Shown in pieces: positions 37,991 to 48,159 of a stretch of 64,000 nucleotides of DNA. Origin of the DNA: Dehalococcoidia bacterium. Lineage in GTDB: Bacteria; Chloroflexota; Dehalococcoidia; SM23-28-2; RBG-16-64-32. A program made the position numbers and the translations under genes. Position 1 is the stretch's first letter, and every line of letters starts with the position of its first letter. The notes under the pieces were generated by a model that ran no database searches, was not told where the DNA came from, and saw only the letters and a program-made list of their open reading frames with translations. The stretch covers positions 1,024,001 through 1,088,000 of the forward strand of contig CAXXTF010000002.1 of the NCBI GenBank assembly GCA_963665775.2, written 5' to 3'.

Positions 37991-38731
37991 GTGACCAAGG
38001 CGACCACCAATGCCCAACGAGGCGCCAAGCGGTCGGCCGCCCTGGCGGCGCTGCGGGCGCAGACGGAAGAGCGACTCGCCCAGTGTCTCCGGCTAATGGA
38101 GTCCGGAGTGCGGATCGTGGATCCGGCGACGACGTACGTGGAGCCGACCGTGACCGTAGGCGAAGGCACGGTGATACACCCCAACACGACGATCGCCGGC
38201 GATAGCGCCATCGGGGGGCGCTGCCGCATCGGCCCCAACACCGTCATCACCGATTGCCGCATCGGGGACGACGTGGCGGTGGTGGCGTCGATGCTGGAGG
38301 GGGCAGTGCTGGAGGCGGGGACGGACGTCGGCCCCTTCAGCCACCTGCGGCCGGGCACTCACCTGGAGGCGGATGTACATATCGGTAACTTCGTCGAGAT
38401 CAAGGCCTCCCGCCTGGGCCGAGGAACGAAAGTGGGCCACTTCACTTACCTGGGAGACGCCCAGGTGGAGGCCCAGGTTAACATCGGCGCGGGGACGGTT
38501 ACCTGCAACTACGACGGCGAGAAGAAGAGCGAGACCGTGATCGAGGAGGGCGCCTTCATCGGCAGCGACACGATGCTTGTGGCGCCGGTGCGGGTAGGCC
38601 GCAACGCATCCACCGGTGCTGGCTCGGTAGTTACCCACGATGTGCCCGCTGGGACTCAAGTGGTGGGAGTGCCGGCGCGCCGCGCCGCTCGGATGCGCTC
38701 ACAAAGGCAGGTGCTTAAACAGCTTGGATAG
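37991..38731 (+). CDS. glmU: GlmU-like glucosamine-1-phosphate N-acetyltransferase (beta-helix domain only)
   Basis: [62 protein letters not shown]. No uridyltransferase domain; an in-frame stop lies upstream at 37931. Confidence 0.8.
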   Translation: MTKATTNAQRGAKRSAALAALRAQTEERLAQCLRLMESGVRIVDPATTYVEPTVTVGEGTVIHPNTTIAGDSAIGGRCRIGPNTVITDCRIGDDVAVVASMLEGAVLEAGTDVGPFSHLRPGTHLEADVHIGNFVEIKASRLGRGTKVGHFTYLGDAQVEAQVNIGAGTVTCNYDGEKKSETVIEEGAFIGSDTMLVAPVRVGRNASTGAGSVVTHDVPAGTQVVGVPARRAARMRSQRQVLKQLG

Positions 38732-39992
38732 CGATAGCTGGCCAGGAGTCATCCTCCTGGTGTTCGCAATCATCGGTTTCACCTTCGTGGTGGCTGCCGA
38801 GGCGGGCGTCATCGCCGGCGTGCGGGCGCGAGCGTTGAAGGAGCCGGCGGAGTCGCGCCTGGAAGCGCTGCGTCGCTTCTCCCAGGAGCGCCAGGTGACG
38901 TTATCGTCGCTCGCTCTGGCCCGAACCCTCACGCTGGTGGGCATTACGGCCATCGTAGTGTTCCTGGTCCTCCAGGAGACCGGGCAGAGCTGGGCAGCCC
39001 TGGCGGCAGCGGCCTTCGCCACCCTCTTCGGGCTGATGCTACTGCAAGCCTTTCCGCGCCTGTTGGTGTCCCAGGACACGGAGCGCTGGCAGCAGCTACT
39101 AGAGCCGTTCGTCTCCTTCGTGCGGCTGGCCTTTAGAGTACCGGCGTCGCTCCTGGAGTTGCCGGTGGTGGCGCTCCTGCGCTGGTGGAGCCGAAGGTAT
39201 CCCCAGGCTGACGTCGAGGCGGAGGAGGTGATCCGCCTGGCGGCGCTGGAGGAGACGAACGGCGCCCTCCCGGAAGAGGAACGGCAGATGATCCGCGGCA
39301 TCCTAGAGTTAGAGCAGACGCCGGTGCGAGAGGTGATGGTGCCCCGAATAGACATGATGGCGGTGGAGGCGAACGACCACTTCGACGTAGCGACCCAGAT
39401 GATGGTGGACAAGGGGTTTAGCCGCCTCCCCGTGTACGAAGGGACGATCGACAACATCGTGGGCGTGGCCCACGGCAAGGATGTTCTCAAGTGTCTGGCC
39501 AAGGGCACCGGCCCCGTGAGCCTACGGGAGATATCGCGGCCGGCCTACTTCGTCCCAGAGAGCAAACGGGTGGACGAGATGCTGACCGAGATGCGACAAC
39601 GCCGCATATCTGTCGCCATTGTGGTGGACGAGTACGGGGGCACGGCGGGCCTGGTGACCGTTGAGGACCTACTGGAAGAGATCGTGGGTGAGATCCAGGA
39701 CGAGTTCGACGTCCAGGAGCAGGAAGTACAGATCGTCACGGAGAGCGAGGCCATCGTGGACGCCCGAGTGGGGATCGAGGCCCTGAACGAAATCTTTGAA
39801 GTGACGATCGAGAAGGACGACTTCGACAGCATCGGCGGGTTCGTCGTCCATGAGCTGGGACGCATGCCGAATGTGGGCGACGAGGTCAGGGTCAACGGGC
39901 TGACCCTGCGCGTGCTCAGCGTCACCGGTCGGCGCATCAAGAGGGTGCGAGTGACCAAGGTGGGAACGCCGGTGGAGCACGGGAGCTCTTGA
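38724..39992 (+). CDS. HlyC/CorC (CNNM) family transporter with CBS pair
   Basis: N-terminal TMs, [58 protein letters not shown] start overlaps the glmU stop. Confidence 0.92.
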   Translation: MDSDSWPGVILLVFAIIGFTFVVAAEAGVIAGVRARALKEPAESRLEALRRFSQERQVTLSSLALARTLTLVGITAIVVFLVLQETGQSWAALAAAAFATLFGLMLLQAFPRLLVSQDTERWQQLLEPFVSFVRLAFRVPASLLELPVVALLRWWSRRYPQADVEAEEVIRLAALEETNGALPEEERQMIRGILELEQTPVREVMVPRIDMMAVEANDHFDVATQMMVDKGFSRLPVYEGTIDNIVGVAHGKDVLKCLAKGTGPVSLREISRPAYFVPESKRVDEMLTEMRQRRISVAIVVDEYGGTAGLVTVEDLLEEIVGEIQDEFDVQEQEVQIVTESEAIVDARVGIEALNEIFEVTIEKDDFDSIGGFVVHELGRMPNVGDEVRVNGLTLRVLSVTGRRIKRVRVTKVGTPVEHGSS

Positions 39993-40042
39993 CGCCGTCG
40001 CTTTAGTGGCCGTCCGGGGCTGTGCTAGAATGACCTGCTGAA

Positions 40043-41161
40043 ATGACAGCCCCAAGCGAGCTCAAGTACTGGGTCGCATTCCACCGCATCTCCGGCGTTG
40101 GCCGGGTGCGCTACTCCCTGCTGCTGAAACACTTCCGCACGCTGGGGGAGGCCTGGCAGGCCGGGCCAGGCGAGCTTCAGGCGGCCGGCCTGGAGAAACG
40201 GGTGGTTCAGCATATCCTGAGCGAGCGGCCGCAGATCGACGCCGACGAGGAGATGGAGAGGCTAAACCAGCACAGGGTGCGGGCCCTGACCTGGGACGAT
40301 CCGGCCTACCCGCCGCGTCTGAAGGAGATATACGACCCGCCACCGCTGCTTTACCTTCGCGGGGAGCTTTCCGAGAGCGATGAGTGGTCGCTAGCGCTGG
40401 TGGGGACCCGGCGACCCACGCCCTACGGCAGGCAAGTAGCCGAGGAGCTGGCCTTTGGCCTGGCGGGCAACCGCATCTGCGTGGTGAGCGGCCTGGCCCG
40501 CGGTATCGACGCCATCGTCCACAGGGCGGCGCTGGAGGCCAGAGGCCGCACGATCGCGGTCATGGCCTGCGGCCTGGACATCGTGTATCCGCGGGAGCAC
40601 GCCAAGCTGGCCCGGGAGATTATGGAGCGGGGCGTCCTGGTGAGCGACTATCCCCTGGGCACGCAGCCGCGAGGCGAATACTTCCCTCGGCGCAACCGCA
40701 TCATGTCCGGGCTAAGCCTGGGAACGCTGGTCGTGGAAGGCGACATGGGGAGCGGGGCGCTGATCACCGCCAAGCTAGCGCTGGAGCAAGACCGAGAGGT
40801 GTTCGCCGTGCCCGGGAGCATCTTTTCGGCCCAGAGCCACGGCACCAACTGGCTGATCCAGCAAGGGGCGAAACTCGTACTGCGAGTGGAGGACATCCTG
40901 GAGGAGCTGAACCTGACGATGGTGCCACAACAAACGGAGATGAAGGAGTTGATCCCGACCACCGATACTGAGACCGATCTCTTACGTTATATATCTAAGG
41001 AGCCTGTGCACATCGATGAAGTCTGCCGTCAGAGCGGCCTCCCCGCCTCGACCGTGAGCAGCGTGCTGACTATGCTGGAGTTGAAAGGGTTGGTGCGTCA
41101 GATGGGGCCGACGGCGTACGTGCGGGCCAGAGAAACGCAGACGGCATACGGAGGTAATTAG
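40043..41161 (+). CDS. dprA: DNA-processing protein DprA
   Basis: YPPRLKEIYDPP, VGTRRPTPYG, VSGLARGID, FPRRNRIMSGLS, SGALITA, REVFAVPG. Confidence 0.96.
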   Translation: MTAPSELKYWVAFHRISGVGRVRYSLLLKHFRTLGEAWQAGPGELQAAGLEKRVVQHILSERPQIDADEEMERLNQHRVRALTWDDPAYPPRLKEIYDPPPLLYLRGELSESDEWSLALVGTRRPTPYGRQVAEELAFGLAGNRICVVSGLARGIDAIVHRAALEARGRTIAVMACGLDIVYPREHAKLAREIMERGVLVSDYPLGTQPRGEYFPRRNRIMSGLSLGTLVVEGDMGSGALITAKLALEQDREVFAVPGSIFSAQSHGTNWLIQQGAKLVLRVEDILEELNLTMVPQQTEMKELIPTTDTETDLLRYISKEPVHIDEVCRQSGLPASTVSSVLTMLELKGLVRQMGPTAYVRARETQTAYGGN

Positions 41162-41164
41162 AGT

Positions 41165-43492
41165 TTGACGAAACGAAACAGAAAGGGTCCTTCGACAAGC
41201 CCTCGGGCTAAGGCCCTCAAGGCCGAAGGCTCAGGACATGCCCTGGTGGTGGTGGAATCGCCGGCCAAGGCACGAACAATATCACGGATCCTGGGCTCGG
41301 GCTACGAGGTGAAGGCCTCCATAGGCCATGTGCGGGACCTCCCCAAGTCCGCCCTGGGGGTGGACATCGAGAAGGGGTTCTTGCCCAAATATGTTGTGCC
41401 GCGAGAGAAGAGCAAGGCCGTGAAGGAGATCCGCGAAGCCGCCCGGCGAGCGGGCACCGTCTACCTTGCGACAGACCCCGACCGCGAGGGGGAGGCGATC
41501 GCCTGGCACCTTCTAGAGGCGGCTGGCTTGAACGGCCTGCCTCATAGTCGGGTGGTCTTCCATGAGATCACACCACAGGCCGTTCAGGAAGCTTTCCGTC
41601 ATCCCCGGGGGATCGACATGCAGCTAGTGGACGCCCAGCAGGCGCGTCGGGTGCTGGACCGGCTGGTGGGATACCGGCTGAGCCCCTTCCTCTGGAAGAA
41701 AGTTCGCCGCGGCTTATCCGCCGGCCGGGTACAGTCCGTAGCCCTGCGCCTGGTGGCGGAACGCGAGCGCGAGATCCAGGGCTTCGTGGCACAGGAGTAC
41801 TGGTCGATCGAGGCGGCTCTCGAGAAGGAGAACGCAGATCCCAAATTCCGAGCCAAGCTATCCGGTTACAGCGGAAGGCGGCAGAAGCTGGAGATATCCA
41901 GCGAGACCGACTCCAAACGGCTAGTCGACCTGCTGCAGACGGCGGCTTACAAGGTGCGAGGCGTCCAGAAGAAGGTCCAGCTGCGCCGGCCGGCGGCGCC
42001 CTTCATCACCAGCACCCTGCAGCAGGAGGCATCGCGCCGGCTGGGCTTCACGGCCCGGCGCACGATGGCGGTGGCTCAGCAGCTCTACGAGGGCGTATCC
42101 CTGGGCAGCAAGGGCGAGGTGGGCCTCATCACCTACATGCGGACCGACTCCACCCAGGTCGCCGCGTCCGCCCAGGAGGAGGCGCGCAGCTACGTCCGCG
42201 ACCGCTTCGGGGCAGACTTCCTGCCAGCCTCGCCCCGCGTTTATCGGAAGAAGGTGAAGGGCGCCCAGGAGGCCCACGAAGCGATCCGACCCACTTCGGC
42301 ATTCCGGACGCCGGAGAGCGTGAAACGGTCTCTGACCAACGATCAGTATCGACTGTATAACCTGATCTGGCAGCGCCTGGTGGCCAGCCAGATGGCCGAT
42401 GCCACGTTCGACGTGACGACGGCGGAGATCGAGGCGAGGCCAGTGCAGGACCGGGACGCGTACCTGCTCCGCGCCACGAACACCCAGTTGCGCTTCCCCG
42501 GCTACCGGCAGGTGTACGAGGAGGGCCGGGACGAGGAGGAAGAGGAAGCGCTGGGCACCAACCCCCTGCCCGAGCTGTCTGTGGACGACCCTCTCCGGCT
42601 TCTGGAGTTGCTCCCCGAGCAACACTTCACGGAACCGCCGGCCCGCTACACGGAGGCCAGCCTGGTCAGAGCCCTGGAGGAGAAGGGGATTGGGCGACCC
42701 AGCACCTACGCGCCGACGATGTCGACCATCCAGGAGCGGGGCTACGTCGAAAAGGACGGGCGCTACCTGCGGCCGTCCGATCTGGGCTTCGTCGTGAACG
42801 ATCTGCTGGTCGAGCACTTTCCGGACTTCGTCGACATGGGGTTCACCGCCGAAATGGAGGAGGAGCTAGACGAGATCGCCAGCGGAGAGCGGCCCTGGCA
42901 GCCGATGGTGCAGGAGTTCTACAGCCCCCTGGAGGAAGCCCTCACGCGCGCGGCAGCCGCTCCCAAGCAGGAGGAGGCCACCGACGAGCGGTGCTCCGAA
43001 TGTGGCCGGCCTATGGTGATCCGCTGGGGCCGACGGGGTCAGTTCCTGGCCTGTAGCGGTTTCCCGGAGTGCCGTGGCACACGGTCCCTGGATGGCGAGG
43101 AGGAAGCGCCCGAAGCCACAGACGAGACTTGCCAGGAGTGTGAAGCACCCATGGTGGTCAGGAGCGGCCGCTTCGGGCGGTTTCTGGCCTGCAGCCGCTA
43201 CCCGGAGTGCAAGGGCCGACGACCGCTGACCGCCAAGACCGGCGTGACCTGCCCTCGCTGCGGGGGAGAGATCGTGGAACGGCGCTCCAAGCGGAAACGC
43301 CTCTTCTTCGGATGTTCCAACTACCCCAAGTGCGAATTCACAGCCTGGAGCCGGCCGCTATCACAGCCCTGTACGCGATGCGGCGGCCTGCTGACGGCGG
43401 AGCGCGAGGGGAAGGCCAAATGCAGCGCCTGCGACTGGCGGGGCGAGGTAGGGGCGGAGGCCCCACAGCCGGAGCCCACCACCGTTACTTGA
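41165..43492 (+). CDS. topA: DNA topoisomerase I
   Basis: LVVVESPAKA, GHVRDL, ATDPDREGEAI, SAGRVQS, ITYMRTDS, AHEAIRPT, GIGRPSTY, and C-terminal zinc ribbons. Confidence 0.97.
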   Translation: MTKRNRKGPSTSPRAKALKAEGSGHALVVVESPAKARTISRILGSGYEVKASIGHVRDLPKSALGVDIEKGFLPKYVVPREKSKAVKEIREAARRAGTVYLATDPDREGEAIAWHLLEAAGLNGLPHSRVVFHEITPQAVQEAFRHPRGIDMQLVDAQQARRVLDRLVGYRLSPFLWKKVRRGLSAGRVQSVALRLVAEREREIQGFVAQEYWSIEAALEKENADPKFRAKLSGYSGRRQKLEISSETDSKRLVDLLQTAAYKVRGVQKKVQLRRPAAPFITSTLQQEASRRLGFTARRTMAVAQQLYEGVSLGSKGEVGLITYMRTDSTQVAASAQEEARSYVRDRFGADFLPASPRVYRKKVKGAQEAHEAIRPTSAFRTPESVKRSLTNDQYRLYNLIWQRLVASQMADATFDVTTAEIEARPVQDRDAYLLRATNTQLRFPGYRQVYEEGRDEEEEEALGTNPLPELSVDDPLRLLELLPEQHFTEPPARYTEASLVRALEEKGIGRPSTYAPTMSTIQERGYVEKDGRYLRPSDLGFVVNDLLVEHFPDFVDMGFTAEMEEELDEIASGERPWQPMVQEFYSPLEEALTRAAAAPKQEEATDERCSECGRPMVIRWGRRGQFLACSGFPECRGTRSLDGEEEAPEATDETCQECEAPMVVRSGRFGRFLACSRYPECKGRRPLTAKTGVTCPRCGGEIVERRSKRKRLFFGCSNYPKCEFTAWSRPLSQPCTRCGGLLTAEREGKAKCSACDWRGEVGAEAPQPEPTTVT

Positions 43493-44427
43493 TGGAAGCG
43501 CTCCTGGAGGCTTACGTCCGCTACCTAACAGCCGAACGCAACCTCTCGCCCTACACCCTGAGGAACTACCGCACGGACATCCGGGAACTGGGCCACTACC
43601 TGGCGGAAGTGGAAGAACTCGACCCGCTGGCGATCGATCGGCAGACGTTCCGTCGCTACCTAGCCCAGCTGCGCGGCCGCGGCGTAGCGTCCGCTAGCCT
43701 CACCCGCAAGGTGAGCACGATCCGCGGCCTCTATCGCTACCTGGCACAGGAGGGGAAGCTGCCGGCTGACCCCCTGGCCGGCCTGCGCGGACCCAAGCGG
43801 GAACAACGACTGCCCTCCGTGCTGACCAAGGAGCAGCTGACCGCCCTTATCGAGTCGGCGGACGCGGACACACCGCAAGGGCTGCGGGACCGGGCCATCC
43901 TGGAGCTAATGTACGCCGCCGGGGTGCGGCTGAGCGAAGTCGTCGGGTTGGACCTGACCCACCTGGACCTGGCCGAGCAGACCCTGCTGGTGCGCGGCAA
44001 AGGCAACAAGGAGCGGATGGTGCTGGTGGGCCGGCCGGCGGTGGAATCCCTGCGCCGCTACCTCTCCCAGGGACGGCCCAAGCTGGCCAGGGACCGGGAA
44101 CAGGCGCTGTTCGTCAACCGCGACGGGGGCCGCCTTTCGGGCCGATCGGTGCAGAAGATGGTTCGGCGGCATGCCTTGCGGGCCGGCCTGGACCAGCGCG
44201 TCTTTCCCCACCTGCTGCGCCACTCCTTCGCCACCCACCTGCTGGACGGCGGCGCCGAGCTGAGGGTGGTGCAGGAGCTGCTGGGCCACGCCAGCGCCAA
44301 CACCACCCAGATATACACGCACGTGACGGAGGAGCGGCAGCGGGAAGTCTACCTGCGGGCGTTCTATAATAAGGTGCACCAGCGCTCGCGGCGCAAAGTG
44401 TTACCGCATGCGAATCCTTCTAATTAA
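43492..44427 (+). CDS. xerC: Tyrosine recombinase XerC
   Basis: RDRAILELMYAAGVRLSE, GKGNKER, PHLLRHSFATHLLDGGA, VQELLGH, TTQIYTH. dprA-topA-xerC context. Confidence 0.88.
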   Translation: MEALLEAYVRYLTAERNLSPYTLRNYRTDIRELGHYLAEVEELDPLAIDRQTFRRYLAQLRGRGVASASLTRKVSTIRGLYRYLAQEGKLPADPLAGLRGPKREQRLPSVLTKEQLTALIESADADTPQGLRDRAILELMYAAGVRLSEVVGLDLTHLDLAEQTLLVRGKGNKERMVLVGRPAVESLRRYLSQGRPKLARDREQALFVNRDGGRLSGRSVQKMVRRHALRAGLDQRVFPHLLRHSFATHLLDGGAELRVVQELLGHASANTTQIYTHVTEERQREVYLRAFYNKVHQRSRRKVLPHANPSN

Positions 44428-44851
44428 CGGACCGAACCTGAACGCCCTGGGGCAACGCCAGCCCCAGATATACGGCTCCCTCGCGCTCAAGGAGATCGAG
44501 GAGCGGGTGGCCCAGCGCGGACGGGAGCTGGAGGCCGAGTTGCGCTGCTTCCAATCCAACAGCGAGGGCGCCATCATCGACTTTCTGCAGGCCAAGGCCG
44601 CAGGGGCGGACGGCGTCATAATCAACCCAGGCGCCCTCACCCACTACAGCCTGGCCCTGCGGGACGCCCTGGAGGCGACAGAGCTACCCATAATCGAAGT
44701 GCACATCTCCAACATCTACGCTCGTGAGGAGTTCCGTCACCACTCCGTCATCGCCGATATCGCCATGGGCCAGATCAGCGGCCTGGGCTGGCGGGGGTAC
44801 ATATCGGCCCTGGAGGCGCTGGTCGGGTCGCTACAGGAGGACGGCCAGTGA
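44408..44851 (+). CDS. aroQ: Type II 3-dehydroquinate dehydratase
   Basis: INGPNLNALG, FQSNSEG, INPGALTHYS, EVHISNIYAREEFRHHS. Confidence 0.96.
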   Translation: MRILLINGPNLNALGQRQPQIYGSLALKEIEERVAQRGRELEAELRCFQSNSEGAIIDFLQAKAAGADGVIINPGALTHYSLALRDALEATELPIIEVHISNIYAREEFRHHSVIADIAMGQISGLGWRGYISALEALVGSLQEDGQ

Positions 44852-45960
44852 GCGACAGGCTGACTCGGCTGCGCCAGCGAATGGCCGAAGCGAGGCTGGA
44901 GGGCCTCCTGGTGGGGGAGCCCGTGGAGGATACCTTCCACACCCGCTCCGCCCACCGGCGTTACCTCTCGGGCTTTACGGGCTCCGCGGGCTGGCTCCTC
45001 ATCACCCGGGAGCAGGCGTTCATCGCCGTGGACTTCCGCTACTTCGAGCAGGCGGAGCGAGAGTCGCCGGGCTTCTCCATATATCGGATCGCCGGATCGC
45101 TGGAGAAATGGCTGGGGCCGCTGCTGCGGGAGGCCGATCTGGCCGGCAAACGCGTCGGCTACGAGCCGGCGGGCGTCACCGTCGGCAGCTTCCAGGCGAT
45201 GAAGAAGGCGATCCAGGCGCTGCCCGCCGAGGAGCGTCCCAAGCTTCTGGCGGCGCCGCCCCTGGTGGAGGCGATGCGGGCCCTCAAGGAGCCAGGGGAG
45301 ATCGAGCTGCTGCAACGGGCCGTCGACCTGGGGGATGAGGCCTTCGCAGCGGTCGCGGGGTGCATCGAGCCAGGCTGGACGGAGCGGCAAGTAGCCTGGG
45401 AGATCGAGAAGTTCGCCCGCGAGCACGATGCGGAGGGCCTATCCTTCGAGACTATCGTCGCCGCCGGCCCCTGGGGAGCGATGCCTCACGCCCAGCCACG
45501 CGATCGGCCTATCGAGGCTGGCGAGCCCATCGTCATCGATATGGGTGTACGGGTGGAAGGCTACTGCTCGGACCTGACCCGCACGATAGTCGTGGGCAAA
45601 CCGGACCGGAAGTTCGAGCAGATATACGATATCGTTTTGAGCGCCCAACTGACGGCGGAGGAGCTGCTGCGAGGCGGGATGAGCGGCGAAGAGGCCCACC
45701 TGCTGGCCCACAACGTCATCAGCGAGGCAGGCTATGGGGAGAGCTTCGGCCACGGCCTGGGCCACGGCGTAGGCCTCCTCGTCCACGAGTTGCCCAGGCT
45801 GGCCAAGACGTCGAAGGATGAGCTGAAGGACGGCATGGTCTTAACCATCGAGCCGGGGATCTACCTGCCCGGCTGGGGCGGCGTCCGCATCGAGGATATG
45901 GCGGTGATCGAGAACGGCAAGGCGCGGGTGATGACCAGGGCGCCCAAGCTGACTCAGTAG
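44848..45960 (+). CDS. Xaa-Pro aminopeptidase (M24 family)
   Basis: YLSGFTGSAG, AMPH, IDMG..YCSDLTRT, FGHGLGHGVG..HE, TIEPGIY..GVRIED. Confidence 0.92.
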   Translation: MSDRLTRLRQRMAEARLEGLLVGEPVEDTFHTRSAHRRYLSGFTGSAGWLLITREQAFIAVDFRYFEQAERESPGFSIYRIAGSLEKWLGPLLREADLAGKRVGYEPAGVTVGSFQAMKKAIQALPAEERPKLLAAPPLVEAMRALKEPGEIELLQRAVDLGDEAFAAVAGCIEPGWTERQVAWEIEKFAREHDAEGLSFETIVAAGPWGAMPHAQPRDRPIEAGEPIVIDMGVRVEGYCSDLTRTIVVGKPDRKFEQIYDIVLSAQLTAEELLRGGMSGEEAHLLAHNVISEAGYGESFGHGLGHGVGLLVHELPRLAKTSKDELKDGMVLTIEPGIYLPGWGGVRIEDMAVIENGKARVMTRAPKLTQ

Positions 45961-45973
45961 GGAAAGGTACCGA

Positions 45974-46540
45974 ATGATCGAAACAGGCGACCTGAGGAAG
46001 GGAACGACTATCGAGATGGACGGCATCCTCTACCAGTTGCTGGAGGTCACGCACCTGAAGCTGGGACGAGGCTCCGCCCAGGTGCGCATGAAGCTGCGGG
46101 ACGTACGCGGCGGCCACACCATCGAGCGGACGGTGCAGGCTGGCTCCCGCTTTACCCGGGCGCGGGTCGAGCGACAGCCCGCCCAGTACCTGTACAACGA
46201 GGACGACCTGCACCACTTCATGAACACAGACACCTTCGACCAGTTCCCCCTCGACAGGGATCGGCTGGGGAACGCCCTGGACTACCTGAAGGAGAACAGC
46301 ACCTGTCAGCTCCTGATGTACGGGGATGAGCCGGTGGGGATCGAGCTGTCGGCGGCGGTGGAGCTGGCGGTAACGGAGACGGACTCCTGGGTGCGCGGCG
46401 ACACGGCCCAGGGCGGCACGAAGCCGGCCAAGCTGGAGACCGGGATCACGGTGCAGGTGCCCCTGTTCGTCAACAAGGGCGACATCCTCAAGGTGGACAC
46501 GCGAACGGGAGAGTATCTGGAGAGGGCGAGATTGGCTTGA
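45974..46540 (+). CDS. efp: Elongation factor P
   Basis: DLRKG, HLKLGRGSAQVR, QYLY, FMNTDTFDQ, GDTAQGGTKPAKLETG, VPLFV, VDTRTGEY. Confidence 0.97.
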   Translation: MIETGDLRKGTTIEMDGILYQLLEVTHLKLGRGSAQVRMKLRDVRGGHTIERTVQAGSRFTRARVERQPAQYLYNEDDLHHFMNTDTFDQFPLDRDRLGNALDYLKENSTCQLLMYGDEPVGIELSAAVELAVTETDSWVRGDTAQGGTKPAKLETGITVQVPLFVNKGDILKVDTRTGEYLERARLA

Positions 46541-46542
46541 CC

Positions 46543-46620
46543 GTCATTCGGAGCGCGGCGAGGGTTCTCAAGCGATACGGGAGACCCTGCCCCTTCGCTC
46601 CGCTCGGCGTGCCAGAATGA
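46543..46620. repeat. Degenerate REP-like palindromic element between efp and xseA
   Basis: (G)TCATTC(GGAGCG)..CTTCGCTCCGCTC..GAATGA complementary ends with an internal GGGTTCTC/GAGACCC stem. Confidence 0.5.
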
Positions 46621-46630
46621 GGCCCTGGAG

Positions 46631-47833
46631 ATGGTAAGCATGATCGAGGCGTATCGGGTCTCCTGGCTAAGCGGCTACCTGAAGGAGCTGCTGGAGAGCG
46701 ATCTCAGGCTCGCCGACATCTGGGTGGAGGGCGAGGTCTCCAACCTGAGCCGCTCCAGCGCCGGGCACGCCTACTTCACCCTTAAGGACGAGGAGGCGCA
46801 GATTCGCTGCGTCATGTTCCGCCGGCCTCATACCAGCGTTGATATGGAGAGCGGGACGCAGGTGCTGGCCCACGGCAAGGTATCCTTCTACCAGGCCAGA
46901 GGCGACCTCCAACTGGTGGTGGACTTCGTGCAGCCGGCGGGCGTCGGCGCCCGGCAGGCCGAGTTGGAGCGGCTGAAGGAGAAGCTGGAGGAGGAGGGCC
47001 TGTTCGATCCGGCCCGCAAGCGGCCGCTCCCTCCGTTCCCTCGCCGGATCGGCGTCGTCACCTCTCCCACCGGCGCCGTGTTCCACGACATCCGTAACGT
47101 TGTGGGCCGCCGCTGGCCGCTGGCCGAGGTCGTGCTGGCGCCAACGCCAGTGCAGGGGGCCGAGGCCACCGCCGGCATCTGCGGGGCGATCCACCGGCTC
47201 AATGGGGAAGCCGACATCGACGTTATCATCGTGGCCCGGGGCGGCGGCTCCCTTGAGGAGTTGTGGTCCTTCAACGAGGAGTCGGTCGCGCGCGCCATCT
47301 ACGGCAGCCGCCTGCCGGTGGTATCCGGAGTGGGACACGAGACCGACTACACGATTGCGGACTACGTGGCCGACGTGCGAGCGCCCACGCCCTCCGCAGC
47401 AGCGGAGACGGCGGTGCCAGAGCGGGCCGAGGTAACACGGCGCATCGAAGGGCTGGCGCTCTCGCTGCTGAGCGAGACGATGGGCCAACTGAACCGCAGC
47501 CGCGTCGACCTGGAGCGAACGTCGCAGCGGCTGCGCTGGGCCCTGCCCGACCCGTCGCGAGAGGGAGAGCGGCTGGCTGCCCTGATCAGGCACGCTCGGA
47601 GCGTCATGGGTCGGGGCCTGGAACAGCAAGCCGAGCGTCTGAACGGTTTCGCCCTGCAGCTGCGCTCCCTGGACCCGCAACGCACCCTGTCTCGAGGCTA
47701 CACCGTCGTCCAGCTCCGAGACGACAAGCAGGCGATAACCAGCGTGCGGCAGGTGAAGGGACGCGACCGGCTGGACATCCACGTGAAGGACGGACGGTTC
47801 CCGGCGGAGGTATCGCGCCAGTATGGGTTCTAG
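46631..47833 (+). CDS. xseA: Exodeoxyribonuclease VII large subunit
   Basis: WVEGEVSN, GHAYFTLKD, IGVVTSPTGAV, ARGGGSLEELWSFNEE, GVGHETD, APTPSAAAE. Confidence 0.96.
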   Translation: MVSMIEAYRVSWLSGYLKELLESDLRLADIWVEGEVSNLSRSSAGHAYFTLKDEEAQIRCVMFRRPHTSVDMESGTQVLAHGKVSFYQARGDLQLVVDFVQPAGVGARQAELERLKEKLEEEGLFDPARKRPLPPFPRRIGVVTSPTGAVFHDIRNVVGRRWPLAEVVLAPTPVQGAEATAGICGAIHRLNGEADIDVIIVARGGGSLEELWSFNEESVARAIYGSRLPVVSGVGHETDYTIADYVADVRAPTPSAAAETAVPERAEVTRRIEGLALSLLSETMGQLNRSRVDLERTSQRLRWALPDPSREGERLAALIRHARSVMGRGLEQQAERLNGFALQLRSLDPQRTLSRGYTVVQLRDDKQAITSVRQVKGRDRLDIHVKDGRFPAEVSRQYGF

Positions 47834-47852
47834 AGCCGGGACAAGGCGGTAG

Positions 47853-48158
47853 ATGGCTCCCAAAAAGAAGGAAGGATTCGAGGCGCTGTACCTCCACCTA
47901 GAGGAGGCCGTGGCGCGGCTGGAGGAGGGCGGCCTGACCCTTCAGGAATCGCTGGCCCTGTACGAGGAGGGGATGAAGCTGGCCCGCCGCTGCCAGGATC
48001 TACTACAGCAGGCGGAGCTGCGGGTGACGCGGCTGAAGGAGGCGTTCGCGGGGGAGCCGGAGGGTTCGGGCGAGGAGAGCGAGGGCCTCCTCCCGGAGGA
48101 AGGGGCGAGCACCGTTCAGGAAGAGACGCCCCTGGACGGCTCGACGGGATCGCTCTGA
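47853..48158 (+). CDS. xseB: Exodeoxyribonuclease VII small subunit
   Basis: FEALY..LEEGGLTLQESLALYEEGMKL..CQDLLQQAELRV. Confidence 0.92.
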   Translation: MAPKKKEGFEALYLHLEEAVARLEEGGLTLQESLALYEEGMKLARRCQDLLQQAELRVTRLKEAFAGEPEGSGEESEGLLPEEGASTVQEETPLDGSTGSL

Positions 48159-48159
48159 C

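Noticed and set aside
43492-44427. Prophage or island integrase
   Set aside because: The standard dprA-topA-xerC context, with no att sites or phage genes, indicates chromosomal XerC.
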